A stretch of DNA of 63,367 nt, counting the filler, from Anaerolineae bacterium (GTDB lineage: Bacteria; Chloroflexota; Anaerolineae; Epilineales; Epilineaceae), in the NCBI GenBank assembly GCA_029262755.1. It is 8 parts of 8 records of this genome, joined end to end, with 100 filler letters (N's around TTAATTAATTAA, not from the genome) between each part and the next. Parts side by side here need not be neighbours in the genome. Positions count along the whole stretch, not along the records: positions 54,400 to 60,145 come from JAJCYU010000204.1; positions 60,246 to 63,367 come from JAJCYU010000206.1; 6 more parts are not named here. One strand, 5' to 3'. The notes under the pieces were generated by a model. It ran no database searches, was not told where the DNA came from, and worked only from the letters and a program-made list of their open reading frames with translations. Below are positions 57,160-63,367 of this stretch, piece after piece; positions within the stretch are counted from its first letter, which is position 1; each line of letters opens with the position of its first letter. The position numbers were made by a program, and so were the translations under genes.

Positions 57160-58164
57160 ATGGTCATGTCTACCCGTCCCCGAACACTGTCATTCCACAC
57201 GCTGCTCGCTTTGGCTGCCGCCGTCGGTCTTGCCGGCGTGTTCGGCGCGCCCGTGCGGCCCGCCGCCGCGGCGCCCGTATCCCAAGGCTGTGCAGGCAAC
57301 TTGCTTGCCAACCCCGGTTTCGACGCCGGTTCCTACAAAACCGAGAGCCTCGGCACAAGCCTTTCTTCGTCTTCCGGCGAGGCGTGGACGCCGTGGTTCA
57401 TCAACGGCAACGACGAGACGTGGAACCGTGAGCCGGAGTTCAAGCTCAATATCCCCGGCCTCACCGGCGACGCCTACCGCGTCCGCGCGGGCAACTCCAT
57501 GAAGTGGTTCACGACGTGGGGCACCCACGATGCCGGCGTCTGGCAGCGGGTCGGGGTCTCCCCCGGTGCCGCGGTGACCTTCTCCGCCCACGGAATGATC
57601 TACAGCGGCGAGGATGACGGTCACCGTCCCGATCTAGACACCTTCTTCTCCGATCCGGAGAAGAACGGTAGCTATCGCATGCAGGTCGGCATCGACCCAT
57701 ACGGCAACACGCCCGCGATGGGCGCCCCACCGCCCGATACGGTCGTATGGTCGGCCGAAGAGTTCACACCGGACGTCTTCGTGAACCAAGCGGTCACCAC
57801 CGTTGCCCGCGCGGGCGCGGTGACGGTCTTCGTGCGCGGCAAGGCCATCTGGCCCGTGAAGCACAACGATTCGTTCTGGGAGGACACCTGCCTACGCTAC
57901 GGTGGCGGCGCCCCCGCCCCCGCGCCGGTCGCCGTCGAAGCCGCGGCGCCCGAACCGGTCGTCGCGGCCCCTGTTGCGGTGGAGGCAGCCGCAGCGGAGC
58001 CTGTCGTCGAGGCGCCCGCGCCGGACCCGGCCGCGGAGGTCTCTGCCGCGGAAGAGACGGACGATGCGCCCCGTACGCGACGCTCCACGTTGCCCAAGGG
58101 CCAACGCGCCGCGCCGGCCCAACCCACGCTCAAGCGTGGCGGCAACTGGGCGGTACCGCGCTAG
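57160..58164 (+). CDS. Secreted protein with a carbohydrate-binding-like jelly-roll domain and Ala/Pro/Glu-rich tail
   Basis: Signal peptide, NLLANPGFD, THDAGVWQRV, MQVGIDPYG and HNDSFWED. Confidence 0.7.
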   Translation: MVMSTRPRTLSFHTLLALAAAVGLAGVFGAPVRPAAAAPVSQGCAGNLLANPGFDAGSYKTESLGTSLSSSSGEAWTPWFINGNDETWNREPEFKLNIPGLTGDAYRVRAGNSMKWFTTWGTHDAGVWQRVGVSPGAAVTFSAHGMIYSGEDDGHRPDLDTFFSDPEKNGSYRMQVGIDPYGNTPAMGAPPPDTVVWSAEEFTPDVFVNQAVTTVARAGAVTVFVRGKAIWPVKHNDSFWEDTCLRYGGGAPAPAPVAVEAAAPEPVVAAPVAVEAAAAEPVVEAPAPDPAAEVSAAEETDDAPRTRRSTLPKGQRAAPAQPTLKRGGNWAVPR

Positions 58165-58195
58165 GCTTTCTTGGCACGCGGGGAACCGATCTACC

Positions 58196-58240
58196 AACGA
58201 AGAACGCGGCGCTCCAAACTGGGGCGCCGCGTTTCGTTTG
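58196..58240. terminator. Bidirectional intrinsic terminator between convergent genes
   Basis: AACGCGGCGCTCCA-aac-TGGGGCGCCGCGTT, flanked by AACGAAG and TCGTTTGT. Confidence 0.75.
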
Positions 58241-58252
58241 TCGGGACGGATC

Positions 58253-58311
58253 CTAGTGGTCCTACCAGCCTGAATCTACGGGTTCGGGAGCCAAGCTGGT
58301 TGGACTACTAG
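58253..58311. repeat. 59-bp imperfect palindrome bounded by CTAG (MITE- or REP-like)
   Basis: CTAGTGGTCCTACCAGCCTG ... CAAGCTGGTTGGACTACTAG. Confidence 0.6.
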
Positions 58312-58313
58312 CC

Positions 58314-58760
58314 CTACGCCGATTCTTCCGTTCCGCGCGCAAGATCATCCGCGGTCCACGCCTCGGGCAGCAGATCGCCCAAGCTCAGGATCCGATAGGC
58401 CGCGTCCTCGGCCGACGCGATCGCCACGACCATCTCGGGTCCGCCGAGCTCGGAGAGCACCTGGCGGCAGGCGCCGCAGGGCGTGCCGCCGCCGCGTGTT
58501 ACCACGGCCACCGCGCGCAGACGCCGCCCACCGGCTGCGACGGCCGTGAAGGCCGCGACGCGCTCGGCGCACATGGTCGCGCCGTACATGGCGTTCTCAA
58601 CGTTGCAACCGCCGTGGATTGCGCCGTCATCCCCCAGCACCGCCGCCCCGACCGGATAGCGCGAGTAGGGGGCGTAGGCCGACGCACGGGCCGATCGCGC
58701 TCGCCGCACCAGCTCGTCCAGCGTTGCGGCATCGACGGTCTCCGCGCCCGTGCTCTTCAC
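58314..58760 (-). CDS. cdd: Cytidine deaminase
   Basis: AYAPYSRYPVGAA, GCNVENA, CAER and PCGACRQVLSE. GTG start at 58760 chosen. Confidence 0.93.
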   Translation of the reverse strand: MKSTGAETVDAATLDELVRRARSARASAYAPYSRYPVGAAVLGDDGAIHGGCNVENAMYGATMCAERVAAFTAVAAGGRRLRAVAVVTRGGGTPCGACRQVLSELGGPEMVVAIASAEDAAYRILSLGDLLPEAWTADDLARGTEESA

Positions 58761-58791
58761 GTGACGCCCGACCGTGGCGCCCGGCGGGCGC

Positions 58792-59730
58792 TCATCCGGC
58801 CGCGGCTCGCGCGTCCGCGGTTGCATCGTCCGCGTCGATTGGGCCCAGTTCTGGATCCTCTGCGACGAGCGCACTGCAGCGTACGAGTTGGACACGCCTT
58901 CCGTCGACGGCGAGAACCTCGATCTCGGCATCGTCGAAAACGGCCTTGTCCCCGGTACGTGCGACCCGCCCCAGCTGATCGATCACGAGGCCGCCCAGCG
59001 TGTCGGAGTCGCCGTCCGCCGGCAGGGCGAGGCCGAGCAGGCGGTTCACGTCGTCGATGTCGATGCCCGCCTTGAACACCCCTTCGCGTGCCTCCTCGTC
59101 GAGGCGTACGACATCCGGCTCCTCGGCGTCGAACTCGTCGTGGATCTCGCCGACGATCTCCTCCAGCAGATCCTCGATCGTGACGACGCCTGCCGTTCCG
59201 CCGTGCTCGTCTACGACGATCGCAAGGTGCACCCGACGTGACTGCAGCTCCGGCAGCAGCAGGTCGAGCGTCTTGCTCTCCGGAACGAAGTACGCGGGGC
59301 GCAGCAGCTTCGCGATACGCACGTCGTCGAAACGGCGATCCCGGTAGTGTTCCAGCAGATCTTTGGCATACAGGACGCCTGCAACCTGGTCGATCGACTC
59401 CCGGTAGACGGGAATGCGCGAATGGCCGCAGCGCAAGATGATGTCGAGCGCCTCCTGCAGCGTGGACTCCTCGGGCATGGCGACCACGTCCATGCGGGGC
59501 ACCATGACCTCACGCGCCCGCGTTTCGCCCAACTCGAAGATGCTCTCGATCATCTCCAGGGACTCTTCCTCGAGGTCGGGACCCTCGTCGGCCTCCGCGA
59601 TCGCCCGCAACGTCTCGTCGCGCGAGACCGGTTCGGTCTGCGCGGCGAAGCGGCGCGCAAACGCGAACCACGCACCACCGCCGCCGAGAACAAGGCCGGC
59701 CAGCATCCCCACAACGAACGTCGTGCTCAT
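58792..59730 (-). CDS. Hemolysin/CorC-family CBS-pair protein
   Basis: AREVMVPR, GHSRIPVY and VDEHGGTAGVVTIEDLLEEIVGEIHDEFD, with a CorC_HlyC tail; a single N-terminal TM helix replaces the full CNNM domain. Confidence 0.9.
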   Translation of the reverse strand: MSTTFVVGMLAGLVLGGGGAWFAFARRFAAQTEPVSRDETLRAIAEADEGPDLEEESLEMIESIFELGETRAREVMVPRMDVVAMPEESTLQEALDIILRCGHSRIPVYRESIDQVAGVLYAKDLLEHYRDRRFDDVRIAKLLRPAYFVPESKTLDLLLPELQSRRVHLAIVVDEHGGTAGVVTIEDLLEEIVGEIHDEFDAEEPDVVRLDEEAREGVFKAGIDIDDVNRLLGLALPADGDSDTLGGLVIDQLGRVARTGDKAVFDDAEIEVLAVDGRRVQLVRCSALVAEDPELGPIDADDATADARAAAG

Positions 59731-59755
59731 CCCCCGTGCTCCCTCGTATCGATGT

Positions 59756-60145
59756 TCAGATCCGCGCCGATCCGGGCGGATTGTTCGCTGTGGGCTCGCC
59801 GTCTGTGGCGTCGGTGGCGGCGGAAGGCGCGTCGTCCGGCGCCGCGGGCGACGCATCGTCGCCCTCGGCACCCCCGATCGGCCGCGCCGGCACACCGACC
59901 ACGGTGCTACCCGCCTCGACGTCGCGCGTCACGACGCTGCCCGCCCCGGTGCGTGCCCCATCGCCCAACCGCACGGGCGCCACGAGCATCGTGTCGCTAC
60001 CGACGAAGACATCGTCGCCGATCGTCGTTTCGTGCTTGGCTTCCCCGTCGTAGTTGCATGTGATCGTCCCCGCTCCGATGTTGCTCGCCCGTCCCACCGT
60101 CGCGTCACCGAGATAGCTGACGTGGCCCATCCGCACGCTGTCTGC
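59756..60145 (-). CDS. glmU: Bifunctional GlmU, C-terminal acetyltransferase fragment
   Basis: [21 protein letters not shown] and [12 protein letters not shown]. Confidence 0.93.
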   Translation of the reverse strand, partial: ADSVRMGHVSYLGDATVGRASNIGAGTITCNYDGEAKHETTIGDDVFVGSDTMLVAPVRLGDGARTGAGSVVTRDVEAGSTVVGVPARPIGGAEGDDASPAAPDDAPSAATDATDGEPTANNPPGSARI

Positions 60146-60245
60146 NNNNNNNNNNNNNNNNNNNNNNNNNNNNNNNNNNNNNNNNNNNNTTAATTAATTA
60201 ANNNNNNNNNNNNNNNNNNNNNNNNNNNNNNNNNNNNNNNNNNNN

Positions 60246-61630
60246 CCGCGCAGATCGCCGGCCAGCGCGAACGCGGGTTCCTCGTCACCGTGCACCAGGA
60301 ACGTGCGCTTTAGCTGGCCGGCGTCGCGCGTCTTCACCGCCCAATCCATCAGCTCGGAGTGGTCGGCGTGGGCACTGTAGCCGCTGATCCGCTCGATCTT
60401 GGCGCGCACGTCCATCTCCTCGCCGTAGACCCGAATGGGGTTCACGCCTTCGAGGACGCGGCGGCCCAAGGTGTGCTGGCCTTGGTAGCCCACGAACAGG
60501 ATCGTGGTCGTGGGGTCACCGGCGTGGTGGATGAGGTGGTGCAGGATGCGACCGCCTTCGAGCATGCCCGAAGCGCTGATGATGACGGCCGAACCCTGGA
60601 GCGTGTTGAGCAGCATCGAGTCTTGGGGGCTGCGGTAGTAGTGCAGGCGGTCGAAGCCCAACGGGTCATTGTCTTCGTCGTCCCGCATGAGGCGGCGCAT
60701 TTCGGCATCGTAGACTTCCGGGTGAATGCGCAGCACGTCCGTGGCGTTGATGGCCAAGGGGCTGTCGACGTAGACGTCGATCGCCGGCAGACGGCCTTCC
60801 AGGCGCAGCTGGTTGAGGCGGTAGATCAGCTCCTGCGTACGACCGACGGCGAAGGCGGGGATCAACAGCTTGCCGCCCTCCTTGTGCTTTGCCTCGACAA
60901 TGCGCCGCAGGTGCTCCTTGGCCTCCCCTGTGGACTCGTGCTCGCGGTTGCCGTAGGTGCTCTCCATGATGAGGAAGTCGGCGCCCTCGGGGATCTCGGG
61001 ATCCTTGATGATCGGCATGTCCGTGCGGCCGATGTCGCCCGAGAACACGAGGCGCTTGCGGCGCGATTCACGCGTCGTTCCCCGGCCCTCGATGTCACCG
61101 CCGCGGTCGTCGATGTCGAGAATGACACTCGCGGCGCCCATGATGTGGCCGGCGAAGATGAACTCGGCCGATACATCCGGCATGGGCGAGAAGGGGCGAT
61201 GGAAGGGCACCGTAACGAAGCGCTCTAGGGTCTCCTCGGCGTCGTCACGGGAATAGAGTGGCTCGAAAGGTGTCTGACCGCGCTTCACCCTGCGCTTGTT
61301 GACGTACTTCACGTCTTTCTCTTGGATGTGTGCTGAGTCCAGGAGCATGTAGGCGCACAGGTCGCGGGTGGCCGACGTGCTGTAGATCGAGCCCTTGAAG
61401 CCGGCCTTGATCAACGACGGCAGGTTGCCGCTGTGGTCGATGTGCGCATGGCTGAGCACGACTGCATCGATGCTCGTGGCGTCGAAGGGCAGGTTGCGGT
61501 TGCGCTCGAAGGCGATCTTGCGCCGACCCTGATACATGCCGCAGTCCAGCAACAGCTTGCGTCCGTTGATATGCACGAGGTGCATGGACCCGGTGACGGT
61601 GCGGGCTGCGCCCCAGAATTGCAGGATCAT
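60246..61630 (-). CDS. MBL-fold beta-CASP RNA-processing nuclease, 3' end truncated by gap
   Basis: GAARTVTGS, LSHAHIDHSG, AGHIMG, MESTYG, PAFAVGRTQE and SAHAD. Confidence 0.92.
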
Positions 61631-61676
61631 GGTTCGGCCTTTCGTTTTTGCGTGGCAGGGGTGCTCGTTGTGCTCG

Positions 61677-63059
61677 TTACTCTGCGCTTGCGGCGAGCCG
61701 TCCGTCTGTGTCGCGTTCCGCCAATGCTTCCAACACGTGCTCGGCGTCGGCTTCCCCGAGCTGCACGATCCGACGGCCCGGAGAAGCGCCGCCCAGGTTA
61801 TCGGCCGCAATGCCTTCGAGGACGCGCTCGACGACATAGCGTGCTTCGTCAAAGATCTCGTCGACGTCGCGATGGGCAAACTGGGCGTTGCGGCCCAATA
61901 GGTGCAAGCGTGGGTGGCGTCCAAAGAACGCGGCCGCGAGCGCCAACTCCTGGTCGCTCGCGCGGTCGTAGATGGGGTAGGCGCGGGCGATCGGGATGAT
62001 CATCGAGTCGAGCACGTCTTCCGGATTCACCATACCCGCCGCATGCAACTCCGCGACGACCTTCTCCAACGACGCGCGTTCCGTGGCGGTCACCTCGCAG
62101 CACAGAACCGTGCGATCCTCGTCCGGCTGGGCGCCCTGGAAGTTGCGAAACTCCGACACACGGTTCAGGCAATAGTCGCCGTCCGCGAAGTACACCCAGT
62201 GGTTGGGGCTCACCTGTCGCTGGTTGACCAGCAGATAGTAGATGTCGGCGGCGCGGAAGCGCAGGCCGATCGTCTCGCCGAGCAGCGATGCCACGTTCGA
62301 GATCGGCAGCGTCGAGATCACGACGTCGAAGTCCTCGTCGTAGGCCTGCCCGTCGTGGCGTAGTCGGGCGGTGTAGCCGCCGCTCTCGCGCTCGGTCAGG
62401 CCCTCGAGGCGCGTCTGGAGGTGCACGGATTCGCCCACGTGTGCGTAGAGCGCGTCACAGATCGAGCCGTAGCCGCCTTCCTTCGGATAGTGGAAGGAGC
62501 GGAAGTAGAGCTTGGTATTGCGCCGGATCATGTCCTTGAACCCGGAGACGCGCAGCTTGCGACGTCCCCACTCGGGCGAGATCTGGTCACCGGGAATCCC
62601 GAAGAGCTTCTCGGAATAGGGCTTGAAGAAGAACTCGTTCAGCCCGCGTCCGAACCTCGAGAGTACCATCGCCTCGAAGCTGTCCTCTTGGTCTTCCGGC
62701 ACGCGCTTGCGGAACAGGTAGTGCCAGCCGATCGCCAAGCTCTTGAAGGGCAGGAATTTGAGCATGATCTCGGCCGCATTCACGGGGTCCGCGACCCACT
62801 TACCCTGGATGAAGATGCGGCTGTTGCGTCGCATGCGGTTCATCGGCACGAGCGAGGTCAGCTCGCGCAGGACGCGCTCGTCGTTGGTGTAGAGCCTGTG
62901 CGGCGCGATATCGCAGCGGAAGCCGTGCCAATCAAAGGATCGGGCAAGACCGCCCACCTCGTCGCCGGCTTCCAAGACGTGCACGTCGTGCCCGCTGTCG
63001 CGCAGAAACCAAGCGGCGCTCAGCCCGGCCGCGCCGGCGCCCATAATGCCGATTCTCAT
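61677..63059 (-). CDS. FAD-dependent oxidoreductase (HemY / UDP-galactopyranose mutase-like, glycan-related)
   Basis: IMGAGAAGLSAA, VGGLARS, FFKPYSEKLFG, YPKEGGYG, AYPIYD and LLGRNAQF. Confidence 0.82.
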   Translation of the reverse strand: MRIGIMGAGAAGLSAAWFLRDSGHDVHVLEAGDEVGGLARSFDWHGFRCDIAPHRLYTNDERVLRELTSLVPMNRMRRNSRIFIQGKWVADPVNAAEIMLKFLPFKSLAIGWHYLFRKRVPEDQEDSFEAMVLSRFGRGLNEFFFKPYSEKLFGIPGDQISPEWGRRKLRVSGFKDMIRRNTKLYFRSFHYPKEGGYGSICDALYAHVGESVHLQTRLEGLTERESGGYTARLRHDGQAYDEDFDVVISTLPISNVASLLGETIGLRFRAADIYYLLVNQRQVSPNHWVYFADGDYCLNRVSEFRNFQGAQPDEDRTVLCCEVTATERASLEKVVAELHAAGMVNPEDVLDSMIIPIARAYPIYDRASDQELALAAAFFGRHPRLHLLGRNAQFAHRDVDEIFDEARYVVERVLEGIAADNLGGASPGRRIVQLGEADAEHVLEALAERDTDGRLAASAE

Positions 63060-63367
63060 AGTGCGGGAACTCCTTCAGCCGGCCACACGTGGCGACGCCC
63101 GAGGCGGCCGGAAACCTGCCGGGATCATAGCCGTGGGGGGCGGGAGGGCAAGGATCGCGGGCCCGTGAAACGACGCGGTAACATGCCGCGCGAAGCTCGA
63201 AACGAGCGCTTGTGGAGTGCTTGACGAGCCCTGGACGACGATCCCGCGCACCCCTATGCTGCGCCCGATGCACCGGGCGACACCTTGCACGGCGCGAGCA
63301 TGTTGCCGACGACGTCCCAGGACCGGTCTCCTCCCGATCTCCCGCCGGTCGCATCCCTTCCGCAAAC

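Noticed and set aside
58253..58311. 6S RNA, SRP RNA or tRNA
   Set aside because: The inner hairpin recalls a 6S motif, but only about 70 nt lie between the terminator and the cdd stop. There is no SRP GGAA-loop motif and no cloverleaf.
6551..60245. Recurring TTAATTAATTAA motif, and gene neighbourhoods spanning the N runs
   Set aside because: These are artificial linkers. Cross-gap adjacencies such as Fic-sortase or FG-GAP-ECF sigma cannot be treated as operons.
63075..63367. 96-aa minus-strand ORF at the window end
   Set aside because: No recognisable motif and it is cut by the window edge, so coding status cannot be supported.

Overview
A high-GC bacterial draft or MAG pseudomolecule made of 8 contig pieces. 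They are joined by artificial 100-nt linkers (N44-TTAATTAATTAA-N44) at 6551, 29022, 43308, 47084, 51338, 54300 and 60146, so adjacency across these gaps means nothing. Gene order (mreBCD-mrdA-minCDE-rodA), a class F sortase, a NACHT protein and several exported proteins ending in an aromatic-L-P motif suggest a Chloroflexota, Anaerolineae-like host (inference). Core genes: the shape/division operon, a eukaryote-type UDP-glucose pyrophosphorylase, an amino-acid ABC binding protein and permease, ychF, tex, cdd, a corC-like gene, glmU and a beta-CASP nuclease. Accessory content: a type I R-M locus (hsdM-hsdS-[AlbA_2/Schlafen ATPase]-hsdR-YgjP-like peptidase) and a stress/TA-rich contig with two VapBC pairs around an HU-like gene, Fic, two YdeI/OmpD genes, an ArsR with an in-frame amber codon and an SRPBCC-truncated haemoglobin fusion. 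Best leads: a class III nucleotide cyclase fused to a NACHT NTPase (NLR-like, truncated by a gap); a non-LPXTG C-terminal [YWF]-L-P motif shared by six exported proteins; a catalytically degenerate pseudo-histidine kinase behind tandem NrdR-like boxes; a near-consensus sigma70 promoter with a LexA-type box in its spacer ahead of a VOC gene; and a decayed copy of a kinase 3' end flanking doxX. No CRISPR array, tRNA, rRNA, transposase or integrase was seen. All calls come from motif recognition by eye, with no database searches.
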